Positions 37,564 through 47,161 of a stretch of 64,000 bases of DNA are shown here, in pieces. Source of the stretch: Thermoanaerobaculia bacterium (lineage in GTDB: Bacteria; Acidobacteriota; Thermoanaerobaculia; UBA5066); NCBI GenBank assembly GCA_046331465.1, contig JAXLQV010000001.1:671210-735209 (forward strand), given 5' to 3'. Under the pieces are notes generated by a model, which saw only the letters and a list, made by a program, of their open reading frames with translations, ran no database searches and was not told the origin of the DNA. The position numbers and the translations under genes were made by a program. Every line of letters starts with the position of its first letter. Within the stretch, counting starts at the first letter, position 1.

Positions 37564-38649
37564 TCACGGGGCGACCCCGCCCGCCCCGCGTCCGAGGGTC
37601 GAGGCGAGCGCCTCGGCGACCCGCGCGTTTCCCTGGCCCGTCAGGTGGCAGTGATCGAGGAAGGCGTCTTCCGGGAGGGCGTCGGCGAGGTCGAGGTACC
37701 GGCCTGCGGGCCCGAGACCGGCCTCCACCGCGCGTCTCAGGAGGTCGCGGTTCGACCGGAGACGCTCCGGGGAGAGGGACGCCGTCTCGACCGGGTTCTG
37801 CGGCGTCAGGGCGACGAGGGTGCGGGCGCTCCGCCGCCGCGCGAGGATTCTCGAGAGCGAGGCGAAGGCGGGAGCCGAGGCGTTCCAGGCGCGGTCCTCG
37901 TAGATCGGCGCGATCCGGAGCCGCAGGACGGAGGCGGCGAGGTCGTCGTCGTCGGCGGCCGGGAGGAGGCGTGCCAGGACGCGCTCGAGGACGTCCTTCC
38001 GCGAGGGGGCGAAGGCCCGAGCCCGGAGGACCTGCGTCACGAGGAAGAAGGGCGACGCGGCGGCCGCGGACTCGTAGAGCCGGCTGCCGAGCCGGTCTCC
38101 CGCCGGCCGCGCGGATCGAAGCGCCACGTCGCCCCGAGGCAGGAAGGCGTCCCGCGACGCTGCGGCCCCCGGGGACTCGTACGGGGCGGCGAACATCCGG
38201 AAGTTCAGGAGGAGGACGGCGTCCCGCGGCTCCTCGTCGAGCGACTCGAGGAGGCCCTCGAGGTCCGGGAGGAGCATGCCGTCGGCGGAGAGCGGGAGGA
38301 CGCCGCGCGGCGCGAGCCTCCGGCCGAGCTCGGCCGTCAGCGTCTTCCCGCGCGCGCCGGGGACCCGGTGCTGCAGGAGAGCGGTCGGGCCGGCGACGCT
38401 GTCGCCGAGAAGGGCGACGGCATCCCCCGGCGCGAAGGCCCTGGCGCGGGCCCTCGCCTCCGCGACGCTCGTCAGCGAGCCGGACGCGTCGACGAGCCGG
38501 TAGAGCCCTCCCGTCGCGAGGAGGGAGCGGCAGACGAGCTCGGCGAGGAGAAGGAGCGCGGCCAGGCTCGTCAGGGCGCCGAGGGCGAAGGACCGGCCCG
38601 CGTCCTCGCGATCCGCGATCGCGGCAGCCCCGCCCCCCTCGCCTGGCAT
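37564..38649 (-). CDS. membrane-anchored SGNH/GDSL-like hydrolase-family protein (AlgJ/PatB-like partner of the MBOAT)
   Basis: ATG at 38649 (GGAG 3 nt upstream). N-terminal TM (FALGALTSLAALLLLAELV), a GDS block (ALLGDSVAGP), and a C-terminal D-x-x-H block (LDHCHLTGQGN). The long upstream extension in the ORF track is junk. Confidence 0.5.
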   Translation of the reverse strand: MPGEGGGAAAIADREDAGRSFALGALTSLAALLLLAELVCRSLLATGGLYRLVDASGSLTSVAEARARARAFAPGDAVALLGDSVAGPTALLQHRVPGARGKTLTAELGRRLAPRGVLPLSADGMLLPDLEGLLESLDEEPRDAVLLLNFRMFAAPYESPGAAASRDAFLPRGDVALRSARPAGDRLGSRLYESAAAASPFFLVTQVLRARAFAPSRKDVLERVLARLLPAADDDDLAASVLRLRIAPIYEDRAWNASAPAFASLSRILARRRSARTLVALTPQNPVETASLSPERLRSNRDLLRRAVEAGLGPAGRYLDLADALPEDAFLDHCHLTGQGNARVAEALASTLGRGAGGVAP

Positions 38650-38742
38650 CGCTCCATCGTAAGGCAGCCCCGGCACGATCGGCGTCCCCGCCGACCTGCC
38701 GGGGGAGAGAATCGTGTGATCCCGGACGATGGAGGTGCCCCG

Positions 38743-39303
38743 ATGCGGCTCGCGCTCCTCGCGCTCTTCGCCCTTCCGCTCCTGACCGCCGCCCTCGTCA
38801 CCGTCCCCGCCGCCTCGGCGGTCGTCCGCTTCTCGATCGTCTCGCCCGCGTTCGGGGCCGGGGCCTCGATCCCGCCGAGGCACTCCTGCGAGGGGGCGGA
38901 CGTCTCGCCGCAGCTGAAGTGGGCCGGCATCCCCGACGGGACGAAGTCGCTCGCCCTCGTCGTCGACGACCCGGACGCCCCCGACCCGGCGGCCCCGAAG
39001 ATGACCTGGGTCCACTGGGTCCTCTACGACCTTCCGCCGGCGGCGCGGGGCCTCCCCGAGGGCGTCGCCCCGAAGGATCTGCCCCCGGGGACGCGCGAGG
39101 GGCGGAACGACTGGAAGCGGACCGGCTGGGGAGGTCCCTGCCCGCCGATCGGCACGCACCGCTACTTCTTCAAGCTCTACGCCCTCGACGCCGTCCTCCC
39201 CGACCTCGGGAGCCCGACGAAGGCGGCCCTCGAGAAGGCGATGGAGGGGCACGTCCTCGGGAAGGCGGAGCTCGTCGGGACGTACCGGAAGGCAGGCCGC
39301 TGA
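38743..39303 (+). CDS. YbhB/YbcL-family (PEBP / Raf-kinase-inhibitor-like) periplasmic protein
   Basis: GGAGG RBS. Signal peptide. PEBP signature DDPDAPDP...WVHWVLYDLP...GPCPPIGTHRYFFKLYALD. Confidence 0.75.
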   Translation: MRLALLALFALPLLTAALVTVPAASAVVRFSIVSPAFGAGASIPPRHSCEGADVSPQLKWAGIPDGTKSLALVVDDPDAPDPAAPKMTWVHWVLYDLPPAARGLPEGVAPKDLPPGTREGRNDWKRTGWGGPCPPIGTHRYFFKLYALDAVLPDLGSPTKAALEKAMEGHVLGKAELVGTYRKAGR

Positions 39304-39365
39304 GGCGGCCGACCGGAAACCCGCGCTCCCTTCCCCGCGTATCTGGGCCTCGTCAAGGAGGAGCG

Positions 39366-41417
39366 ATGCGCTCGAAGTCCGTCCTGGTGATCTCCGTTCT
39401 CACCCTCTCCCTCTCCGCCGCCGCGGCCGGCCCCGCCGCGACGGCCGTCCCGGTCGCGAAGCCGATCGACGCCGCGAACTTCGACCCCGCCGTCAGGCCG
39501 TGCGAGGACTTCTACCAGTACGCCGTCGGCGGCTGGGTGAAGGCGAACCCCGTCCCGGCCGACAAGTCGCGGTGGGGCTCATTCGAGGAGCTCGCGGACC
39601 GGAACCGGGCGGTGCTGAAGACGATCCTCGAGGAGACCTCCGCGAAGACCGACTGGCCGAAGGGGAGCGTGAAGCAGAAGGTCGGCGACTTCTTCGCTTC
39701 CGGCATGGACCTCGCCGCCATCGAGAAGGCGGGGACGAAGCCGCTCGAGCCGTGGCTCGCGAAGGTCGACGCCCTGAAGTCGAACGCCGACCTCCCGAAG
39801 CTCGTCTCCGAGCTGCACGCCCGGCGGCTCGGTGCGGGCTACTCGTTCTTCGTCGCCCAGGACCAGAAGCAGGCGACGCGCTACATCCCGATGCTCGGGC
39901 AGGGCGGCCTCGGCCTCCCCGACCGGGACTACTACCTGAAGGACGACGCGAAGTCGAAGGAGATCCGCGAGAAGTACGTCGCCCACGTCGCGAAGATGCT
40001 CGAGCTCCTCGGCGAGAAGCCGGAGGCGGCGGCGGCGAAGGCCGCGGTCGTGATGGACCTCGAGACGAAGCTCGCGAAGGCGTCGCGGACGCGCGTCGAG
40101 ATGCGCGACCCGGAGAAGAACTACAACAAGCGGACGCTGGCGCAGCTCGTCGAGGCCGCGCCCGGCTACGACTGGAAGGCCTACCTCGCGGCGATGGGCG
40201 TCCCCGACGGGCAGGAGCTGAACGTCCGCCAGCCCGAGTTCGCGACGGCGTTCGCCGCGATGGCCGCGTCCGAGCCGCTCGACTCCTGGAAGACCTACTT
40301 CCGCTGGCACGTCCTCCGCGCGTCGGCCTCGATGCTGCCGAAGCGGTTCGACGAGGAGTCGTTCGCCTTCTTCGGCCGGACGCTGAACGGCGTCCCGGAG
40401 CAGGAGGAGCGCTGGAAGAGGGTCCAGGCCGCCACGGACGGCGCCCTCGGCGAGGCGCTCGGCCAGCTCTACGTCGAGAAGGCGTTCTCCCCGAAGTCGA
40501 AGGAGCGGATGAAGGTCCTCGTCGAGAACCTCCGCTCCGCCCTGAAGGAGCGGATCGAGGCCCTTCCCTGGATGGGGGCCGAGACGAAGAAGGCCGCGCT
40601 CGCCAAGCTCGCCGCGTTCGGCGTGAAGATCGGCTACCCCGACCGGTGGCGCGACTACTCCGCCCTTCCCGTCTCCCGCGCCTCGTACTTCGAGAACGTC
40701 GTGAACGCGAGCGCGTTCGAGGTGAAGCGGAACGTCGGCAAGCTCGGCAAGCCGATCGACCGGGCCGAGTGGGGGATGACGCCGCCGACGGTCAACGCGT
40801 ACTACAGCCCGACGATGAACGAGATCGTCTTCCCGGCCGGCATCCTGCAGCCGCCGTTCTTCTGGGCCGACGGGGACGACGCCGTGAACTACGGCGGCAT
40901 CGGCGTCGTCATCGGGCACGAGATGTCGCACGGCTTCGACGACTCCGGGAGCCGCTACGACGCCGACGGGAACCTCAAGAACTGGTGGAAGGACGAGGAC
41001 CGGAAGGCGTACGAGGAGCGGACCGCCCTCGTCGTGAAGGAGTTCGACGGCTTCAAGGCGCTCCCGGACCAGTCCGTCAACGGGAAGCTGACGCTCGGCG
41101 AGAACATCGGCGACCTCGGCGGCCTGAAGATCTCGTACGAGGCGCTCCGAAAGGCGCTCGGCGGGGACCCGAACGAGGCGCCGAAGGTCGAGGGGTACAC
41201 CCCGGCCCAGCGCTTCTTCCTGAGCTACGCGAACGTCTGGAGGAACAACATCCGCGACGAGGCGCTCCGGGTCCGCCTCAACACCGACCCGCACAGCCCG
41301 GGGCGCTACCGCGTCCTCGGCCCACTCTCGGCCCTCCCGGAGTTCCACGGGGCGTTCGGCTGCGCGGCGGGGGAGCCGATGGTGATCCCCCAGGCCGAGC
41401 GGCCGAGCATCTGGTAG
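39366..41417 (+). CDS. M13-family zinc metallopeptidase (neprilysin / PepO endopeptidase-like), secreted
   Basis: AAGGAGGAG RBS. Signal peptide. HExxH as VIGHEMSHGFD, with downstream ENIGDLGG (the E-x-x-x-D third zinc ligand region) and NAYY motifs. 683 aa. Confidence 0.85.
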   Translation: MRSKSVLVISVLTLSLSAAAAGPAATAVPVAKPIDAANFDPAVRPCEDFYQYAVGGWVKANPVPADKSRWGSFEELADRNRAVLKTILEETSAKTDWPKGSVKQKVGDFFASGMDLAAIEKAGTKPLEPWLAKVDALKSNADLPKLVSELHARRLGAGYSFFVAQDQKQATRYIPMLGQGGLGLPDRDYYLKDDAKSKEIREKYVAHVAKMLELLGEKPEAAAAKAAVVMDLETKLAKASRTRVEMRDPEKNYNKRTLAQLVEAAPGYDWKAYLAAMGVPDGQELNVRQPEFATAFAAMAASEPLDSWKTYFRWHVLRASASMLPKRFDEESFAFFGRTLNGVPEQEERWKRVQAATDGALGEALGQLYVEKAFSPKSKERMKVLVENLRSALKERIEALPWMGAETKKAALAKLAAFGVKIGYPDRWRDYSALPVSRASYFENVVNASAFEVKRNVGKLGKPIDRAEWGMTPPTVNAYYSPTMNEIVFPAGILQPPFFWADGDDAVNYGGIGVVIGHEMSHGFDDSGSRYDADGNLKNWWKDEDRKAYEERTALVVKEFDGFKALPDQSVNGKLTLGENIGDLGGLKISYEALRKALGGDPNEAPKVEGYTPAQRFFLSYANVWRNNIRDEALRVRLNTDPHSPGRYRVLGPLSALPEFHGAFGCAAGEPMVIPQAERPSIW

Positions 41418-41444
41418 GCGTTCCGGGAGAGGCCCGGAAACGAG

Positions 41445-41477
41445 ACGGGGCGCCCGCGAGGGCGCCCCGTTGCGTTC
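41445..41477 (+). terminator. intrinsic-terminator-like hairpin after the M13 peptidase gene
   Basis: 11-bp stem ACGGGGCGCCC / GGGCGCCCCGT with a GCGA loop, followed by TTGCGTT. A second 7-bp hairpin, TTCCGGG-agagg-CCCGGAA, sits at 41421-41439. Confidence 0.5.
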
Positions 41478-41496
41478 CCGGCCGGGCCCCGGGGGA

Positions 41497-42777
41497 TCAG
41501 GCGTAGAGGCCGCGGGTCTCGAGGTCGCGCGCGACGCGCTGGATCGCGACCATGTAGGCGGCGATCCGGTAGGAGACCTTCCTCGAGGCCGCCATCTCGG
41601 CGACCTCGCGGAACGACTCGACCATGATGTCCTCGAGCCGCTCGTTGACCTCCGACTCCCGCCAGAAGAAGCCCATCCGGTCCTGCACCCACTCGAAGTA
41701 GGAGACGGTGACGCCGCCGCCGTTCGCGAGGATGTCGGGGACGACGACGATGCCGCGCTTCTCGAGGATCTCGTCCGCGTGGTGGGTCGTCGGGCCGTTC
41801 GCCCCCTCGACGATGATCTTCGCCTTCACCGCGTCCGCGTTCTCGACGGTGATCTGGTTCTCGAGGGCGGCGGGGACGAGGTAGTCGCAGTCGAGCGTGA
41901 GGAGCGCCGCCGGGTCGACGGGCGTCGCGCCCGGGAACCCCTTGACCGTCCTCTCCTTCGCGAGGAACGCGAGGAGGGCCGGGACGTCGAGGCCCGCCGG
42001 GTTCGCGACGGCGCCGTAGACGTCGGAGACGGCCACGACCTTCGCCCCCTGCTGGTGGAGCATTTTCGCGGAGATGGAGCCGACGTTCCCGAACCCCTGG
42101 ACGACGACGCGGGAGCCCTCGAGCGGGAGCCCGTGGACCTTCCCGGCCTCGCGCGCCGCGATCATCACCCCGCGCCCGGTCGCCTCGACGCGGCCCCTCG
42201 AGCCGCCGATCTCGACCGGCTTGCCGGTGACGATGGACGTCACGGTGCGCCTCTGGTGCATCGAGTAGGTGTCCATGATCCACGCCATCGTCTGGGGTCC
42301 CGTGCCGACGTCGGGCGCGGGAACGTCGCGGTCGGGACCGATCATGTCCATGATCTCCGACGTGTAGCGCCGCGTGATCCTCTCGAGCTCCCCGCGGGAG
42401 AGCTTCCGCGGGTCGCAGACGACCCCGCCCTTGCCGCCGCCGAACGGGATGTTCATCACGGCGCACTTCCACGTCATCCACGACGCGAGCGCGCGCACCT
42501 CGTCGAGCGTGACGCCCGGGTCGAAGCGGATGCCCCCCTTCGCCGGGCCGCGCGCGACGTTGTGGTGGACCCGGTAGCCGATGAAGACCTCGATGCGGCC
42601 GTCGTCCATGACGACCGGGATGGAGACCTTCAGCTCCTTCTCGGGCTCCCGCAGCACCTTCTGCAGGCCCGGGTCGATGCCGAGCAGGCCGGCGGCCTTG
42701 TCGAATCGCCGGGCCATCTCCTCGAAGGGGTTGATCTGGTCGGCATCGGGCTCGGCCAGGATGGGGGCGTGCTCCAT
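41497..42777 (-). CDS. gdhA: NAD(P)-dependent glutamate dehydrogenase
   Basis: GGGKGG (K catalytic) in [16 protein letters not shown] dinucleotide fold, the Glu/Leu/Phe/Val dehydrogenase signature throughout. 426 aa. Confidence 0.9.
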   Translation of the reverse strand: MEHAPILAEPDADQINPFEEMARRFDKAAGLLGIDPGLQKVLREPEKELKVSIPVVMDDGRIEVFIGYRVHHNVARGPAKGGIRFDPGVTLDEVRALASWMTWKCAVMNIPFGGGKGGVVCDPRKLSRGELERITRRYTSEIMDMIGPDRDVPAPDVGTGPQTMAWIMDTYSMHQRRTVTSIVTGKPVEIGGSRGRVEATGRGVMIAAREAGKVHGLPLEGSRVVVQGFGNVGSISAKMLHQQGAKVVAVSDVYGAVANPAGLDVPALLAFLAKERTVKGFPGATPVDPAALLTLDCDYLVPAALENQITVENADAVKAKIIVEGANGPTTHHADEILEKRGIVVVPDILANGGGVTVSYFEWVQDRMGFFWRESEVNERLEDIMVESFREVAEMAASRKVSYRIAAYMVAIQRVARDLETRGLYA

Positions 42778-42857
42778 GACGTCTCCTTACGGAAGTGCGT
42801 TTACGCGCGGCGCGCGACGAGGAACGGGCCCGATTCTATTCGCGCGGAACGGCGAAC

Positions 42858-42880
42858 GGGGGCCGGCCGGGCCGGCCCCC
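42858..42880 (-). terminator. GC hairpin downstream of the minus-strand secreted-protein gene
   Basis: GGGGGCCGGCC-g-GGCCGGCCCCC (11-bp arms), followed on the minus strand by an AT-richer stretch (GAATAGAATC). Confidence 0.4.
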
Positions 42881-42921
42881 GCGGGGGAAGGGCGCCGCGG
42901 CGCGCGCCGCGGGAGGGTTCG

Positions 42922-44061
42922 TCAGCGGTCGACGCGCGCCGGGAAGATCTCGTACGGGAGGACGCCGGCCGTCGTCTCGGGGCGGACCGTGGAGATGTAG
43001 GCGAGGAAGGGCTGGTCTCCGAGGATGCGGAACCACGCGCCTCCCGGCTGGCAGACGGGGTAGGCGTCGACCGGGAGGGCGTTGAACTGGACGAGCGACT
43101 TCGCCGGCACGTGGAACGTCTGCGACGGGGAGTCCCCCCCGGGCCCGGCGCCGACGGCCTTGCCGACGACCTCGAAGGTGGCGCTCGTCTCTCCGGCGTT
43201 GAAGAGCGTCAGGTTCACGCGGCGGCGCGTCTCGGGGGCGCCGGAGCACTCGGTCGGCGTGAGGGAGACGTCGCCCGCGACGACGGACGTCCCGGCGGGG
43301 AAGAGCGCCGAGAAGACCGGGAGCTCGAGGCGGCCGAGCGATTCGGGCACCTTCGGGAGCCCCTCCGGAACGTACTCGAGCCGCTCGAGCGTGGCCCGGA
43401 GGGCGATCCGGCTCGGGAGGCGGACGGCGAGCATCTGGACGGCCTGGCCCGGGCGGAGGTCCTGCGTCGGCACGATCGCCGCCGCTCCCGGGGCGATCGC
43501 GACCGGCGCCGCGCCCACGCTCCGCTCCCCGAGGGCGTCCCAGGCCATCACGCGCGTGACCGTCGCGTCGCGCGTGGAGTTGTTGTAGGCGGTCAGGTTG
43601 CTCGCGAGGGCGTAGGGGGCGGAGTCGGAGAGGAACCCGGGGAGGAAGATGGTCGACTCGGTGGGCGCCACGACGGCGAACGAGCCGGTGCCGATGGTCT
43701 GCGACGGCAGGAGCGACCGCGTGAGCGTCACCTCGACCGTGTAGGTCCCCTCGGAAAGGCCCCCGACGGGGACGTTGAGGGACCAGGGCGTGATCGCGGC
43801 CCCGCAGGCGCCGCTGAACCCGGTGTAGTCGAGGTTCACCCGGATGGCGAGGCCGTCCCTCGTCACCTTCGCCTGGTTGGCGGTCGGCAGGCAGGTGTCG
43901 GGCCACTGGCCCGAGAGGACCAGGGAGACGCCCTCGTCCGGCACCGGCGAGGCGGGGATCGTCGCGACGGTCGCGTACGGTGCGGTCTGCGCGGGCGCGG
44001 GGGCGGAGACGAACGCCGCGAGCGTGAGGAGGAGGAGCGGGAGGATCGTGTGCTGTCTCAT
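42922..44061 (-). CDS. hypothetical secreted protein
   Basis: ATG at 44061 (AAAGGTGA upstream). Signal MRQHTILPLLLLTLAAFVSAPAPAQ. 379 aa, beta-rich with a balanced composition. The upstream 376 aa of the ORF-track entry were rejected. Confidence 0.5.
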   Translation of the reverse strand: MRQHTILPLLLLTLAAFVSAPAPAQTAPYATVATIPASPVPDEGVSLVLSGQWPDTCLPTANQAKVTRDGLAIRVNLDYTGFSGACGAAITPWSLNVPVGGLSEGTYTVEVTLTRSLLPSQTIGTGSFAVVAPTESTIFLPGFLSDSAPYALASNLTAYNNSTRDATVTRVMAWDALGERSVGAAPVAIAPGAAAIVPTQDLRPGQAVQMLAVRLPSRIALRATLERLEYVPEGLPKVPESLGRLELPVFSALFPAGTSVVAGDVSLTPTECSGAPETRRRVNLTLFNAGETSATFEVVGKAVGAGPGGDSPSQTFHVPAKSLVQFNALPVDAYPVCQPGGAWFRILGDQPFLAYISTVRPETTAGVLPYEIFPARVDR

Positions 44062-44190
44062 GCGATCACCTTTCGGACCGGAGTGTGCGATCGCCGACGC
44101 GCCCCACGCGCGTTCTTCGGGCGTGGGTTCGCGCGGCGCCGCGTCATTCCAATTGCTCGGGGGCCCCGCGCAGTGTGGCAGGATCGCCGG

Positions 44191-44772
44191 GTGGAGGGCC
44201 CGGCCGGGATCCCCGACGGCGATCTGGTCACCCGCATCCTCGCAGGGGACGAGGAGCTGTTCGGCGTCCTCGTCGACCGCTACAAGCTCCGCCTCTTCCG
44301 CTTCGTCTCGCGCTACCTCGGCGACCCCGAGGACGCGCGGGACGTGACGCAGGAGGTCTTCTTCAAGCTCTACTCCGCGCTCGACTCGTACGACCCCAGG
44401 TACCGCTTCTCGACGTGGGCCTTCCGGATCGCCGGGAACGCCGCGATCGACCACCTGCGGCGCCGGCGGATCCGGGCCGTCCCGCTCGAGCTGCCGGCGG
44501 ACGAGGAGTCGGACGGGAGGCGGATCGACCCGGTGGACGGCAAGCCCGACCCGCTCGAGGAGCTCTCCCGGGCCCGCCTCCGGGAGGCCCTCGACCTCGC
44601 GATCGAGCGCCTCCCCGACGACTACCGGGAGCTGATCAGCCTCCGCCACTACGGGGAGCTCGCCTACGAGGAGATCGCCGAGCTGAAGGGAATGCCCCTG
44701 GGAACGGTCAAGAACAAGCTTTTCCGGGCCCGGCAGGCTCTCCGAGATCTTTTGCCGAAAGGCACCGTATAG
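44191..44772 (+). CDS. ECF-type RNA polymerase sigma factor (sigma-70 family, group 4)
   Basis: Region 2 (LVTRILAGDEELFGVLVDRYKLRLFRFVSRYLGDPEDARDVTQEVFFKLY) and region 4 (YRELISLRHYGELAYEEIAELKGMPLGTVKNKLFRARQAL). Start is GTG 44191 or 44173. Confidence 0.8.
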   Translation: MEGPAGIPDGDLVTRILAGDEELFGVLVDRYKLRLFRFVSRYLGDPEDARDVTQEVFFKLYSALDSYDPRYRFSTWAFRIAGNAAIDHLRRRRIRAVPLELPADEESDGRRIDPVDGKPDPLEELSRARLREALDLAIERLPDDYRELISLRHYGELAYEEIAELKGMPLGTVKNKLFRARQALRDLLPKGTV

Positions 44773-44785
44773 AGAGATCGGGACG

Positions 44786-45295
44786 ATGACGACGAACGCG
44801 CTGACCCCCGAACACTCCCTGACCCCGAGCGACCTCGACCGCGACCGGAAGCTGGAACTGCTTCTGGACGAGCTGGTTGCGGTTCCCGATGGGGAGGAGC
44901 TCCCGGCCGACTTCGCGAGCCGGGTCGTGGAACGGAGGCCCTGGGCCCCCTGGGAGGTCTCCCGCCCGTCGAGCTGGACGGTCCCGGCCGCGGTCGGGCT
45001 CGGGCTCCTCGGGGGGAGCCTCGGGCTCGCCCTGACGCCGCTCTGGAGCCTCGGACCCGGGACGGCCGTCACCGTCTGGGCGGAGCTCCTCGCGGTCGCG
45101 TTCGGGAGGCCCGTTGCCACGCTCGTCTCGGCCTTCCCGCTGATGGCCGAGGGAGCCGGGCGGGCGGCCCAGGCGGCGTCGACCGGCACCGTCGTCCTCT
45201 CCGGGCTCCTGGCTGGCGTCTCGGCGGCAACGCTCGGCGCCGTGCTCGGGCGCCTGCGCCGGCCGGCGGCCTCCGCCGCGCCCCGTCGCGCCTGA
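44786..45295 (+). CDS. putative anti-sigma factor (single-pass membrane protein immediately downstream of the ECF sigma)
   Basis: 169 aa. Starts 14 nt after the sigma-factor stop. Central TM (AAVGLGLLGGSLGLAL). Assigned by context only. Confidence 0.45.
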   Translation: MTTNALTPEHSLTPSDLDRDRKLELLLDELVAVPDGEELPADFASRVVERRPWAPWEVSRPSSWTVPAAVGLGLLGGSLGLALTPLWSLGPGTAVTVWAELLAVAFGRPVATLVSAFPLMAEGAGRAAQAASTGTVVLSGLLAGVSAATLGAVLGRLRRPAASAAPRRA

Positions 45296-45308
45296 GCCGG
45301 GGCGGGCC

Positions 45309-46211
45309 GTGGCCCGGCGCCTCCTCTCTGTCGTCGCGCTCCTCCACCTCGCGGTCGCGTCGCCGCTCCGGGGCGAGGACGGCGTCCTCGTGCGGGCGGG
45401 CGAGACCCGCGCCGGAGACCTCGTCGTCCTCGGGCGCGGCGCCGTCGTGGAGGGCGTCCTCTCCGGGACGCTCGTCGCCGTCGGCGGGAGCGTCCGCGTC
45501 GCGGGCCGCGTCGAGAAAGACCTCGTCACCTTCGGCGGGAGCGTCGTCCTCGAGAAGGGGGCGGAGGTCCGGGGCGACCTCCTCTCCGTCGGCGGCTCCG
45601 TCTCTTCTCCGGCGGGAGCGGAGACGGCGGTCCGGGGCCGCGTCCTGACCGTCGGCGCGGTCGAGGCGGCCTTCGCCGCCGAGCTCCAGACCTCTCCCCT
45701 CTCCGCGAGGCCCGCGAGCGGCCTCCTCCTCGCGTTCCGGCTCGTCCTCCTCTTCCTCTGGCTCGTCGTCGGGCTCCTCCTCCTGCGCTTCCTCCCCCGG
45801 CCGGTCTCGGCGGCGGCCGGCCTCGTCCCGGGGCGCGTCGCGCTCGTCGGCGCGGTCGGCGCGGCGACGGTCCTGTCGGCCGCCCTCCTCTCGGCCTTTC
45901 TCCTCCTCGTCCTCCCGGCGTCCGCGGGGCTCGTCCTCGCCGGGCTCATCGTGGCGCTCCTCGGCGTGGCCAAGGCGTTCGGCCTCGCCGTCGTCTTCGT
46001 CGCCGTGGGCCGTCGCCTCACGCGCGCGGCGCGCCGGGGGAGCCCCCTCTTCGGCGACCCGGCGGCGCTCGCGGTCGGGCTCGCGCTCCTCGGGCTCCTC
46101 TCGCTCGTCCCGACCGCCGGGCCGCTCCTCTGGGCGGTCGTCTCGCTCCTCGCGATCGGCGCGGCGCTCCTCGCCGCCGCGCGGCGGGACGCCCTCCAGC
46201 CGGCCTTTTGA
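45309..46211 (+). CDS. membrane protein with an N-terminal beta-helical repeat domain (bactofilin / DUF4097-like) and C-terminal TM helices
   Basis: Repeats [65 protein letters not shown], then about 4 TM helices. Third gene of the sigma module. Confidence 0.5.
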   Translation: MARRLLSVVALLHLAVASPLRGEDGVLVRAGETRAGDLVVLGRGAVVEGVLSGTLVAVGGSVRVAGRVEKDLVTFGGSVVLEKGAEVRGDLLSVGGSVSSPAGAETAVRGRVLTVGAVEAAFAAELQTSPLSARPASGLLLAFRLVLLFLWLVVGLLLLRFLPRPVSAAAGLVPGRVALVGAVGAATVLSAALLSAFLLLVLPASAGLVLAGLIVALLGVAKAFGLAVVFVAVGRRLTRAARRGSPLFGDPAALAVGLALLGLLSLVPTAGPLLWAVVSLLAIGAALLAAARRDALQPAF

Positions 46212-46282
46212 GGGGCGCGAGACCCCCTGATACGCTCCGGCGCCCGGCGCCGCCCTCGACGCGGCGCGGTGGAGGAGACGGC

Positions 46283-47161
46283 ATGGCGATCGCGCGCGTG
46301 GGGGTCATCGGGGCGGGACAGATGGGAGCGGGGATCGCCCACGTCGCCGCCCTCTCGGGCCGCGAGGTCGTCCTCGCGGACGTCTCGGTCGCGCTCGCCG
46401 AGAAGGGGGTCGCCGGCATCCGGAAGAACCTCGCGCGCCAGGTGGAGAAGGGGAAGGTCGCCGCGGAGGCCGCGGAGGCCGCCCTCGCCCGGATCACGCC
46501 GGCGGGCGACGTCGCCCCCTTCGCCGACGCCGACCTCGTCGTCGAGGCGATCGTCGAGGACGAGGCGGTCAAGCGCGACCTCTTCGCCCGCCTCGACGCC
46601 CTGGCGAAGCCGGGGGCGATCCTCGCGTCGAACACCTCCTCGATCTCGATCACGCGCCTCGCGGCCGCCACCAGGCGCCCCGGCGAGGTCATCGGGATGC
46701 ACTTCATGAACCCGGTCCCGGTGATGCAGCTCGTCGAGGTGATCCGGGGCATCGCGACGTCCGACGCGACGACGGAGGCGGTCGTCGCCGCCGCCAGGGA
46801 GATGGGGAAGGTCCCCGTCGAGTGCCGCGACTTCCCGGGCTTCGTCTCGAACCGGGTCCTGATGCCGATGATCAACGAGGCCGTCTTCGCCGTCTTCGAG
46901 GGGGTCGCGACCCCCGAGGCGGTCGACACGATCATGAAGCTCGGCATGAACCACCCGATGGGGCCGCTCACGCTCGCCGACTTCATCGGCCTCGACACCT
47001 GCCTCGCGATCCTGCGCGTCCTCCACCGCGGCCTCGGGGACGACAAGTACCGCCCCTGCCCCCTCCTCGTCCAGATGGTCGACGCGGGGTGGGTGGGGAA
47101 GAAGTCCGGGCGAGGCTTCTACCGCTACGCGGGCCCCGGCGGGGAGAAGGTCCCCGGTTGA
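46283..47161 (+). CDS. 3-hydroxyacyl-CoA / 3-hydroxybutyryl-CoA dehydrogenase
   Basis: [24 protein letters not shown] Rossmann fold. [23 protein letters not shown] and the C-terminal dimerisation-domain signature. Confidence 0.85.
   Translation: MAIARVGVIGAGQMGAGIAHVAALSGREVVLADVSVALAEKGVAGIRKNLARQVEKGKVAAEAAEAALARITPAGDVAPFADADLVVEAIVEDEAVKRDLFARLDALAKPGAILASNTSSISITRLAAATRRPGEVIGMHFMNPVPVMQLVEVIRGIATSDATTEAVVAAAREMGKVPVECRDFPGFVSNRVLMPMINEAVFAVFEGVATPEAVDTIMKLGMNHPMGPLTLADFIGLDTCLAILRVLHRGLGDDKYRPCPLLVQMVDAGWVGKKSGRGFYRYAGPGGEKVPG

Noticed and set aside
37464-41417. 1317-aa plus-strand ORF
   Set aside because: Only 39366-41417 (the M13 peptidase, with its own RBS and signal peptide) is credible. 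The rest is R/G/P-rich and overlaps the SGNH-like and PEBP genes.
44062-44190. Putative ECF-type autoregulated promoter (GGAAC-N16-CGTT) upstream of the sigma-factor gene
   Set aside because: GGACC and CGTTC elements are present, but they are 31 nt apart, which is incompatible with ECF promoter spacing. I am not calling a promoter.
41470-44772. 1100-aa plus-strand ORF
   Set aside because: Only the last about 194 codons (the ECF sigma factor) are real. The remainder is antisense to gdhA and the secreted-protein gene and reads as R/D/G-rich junk.
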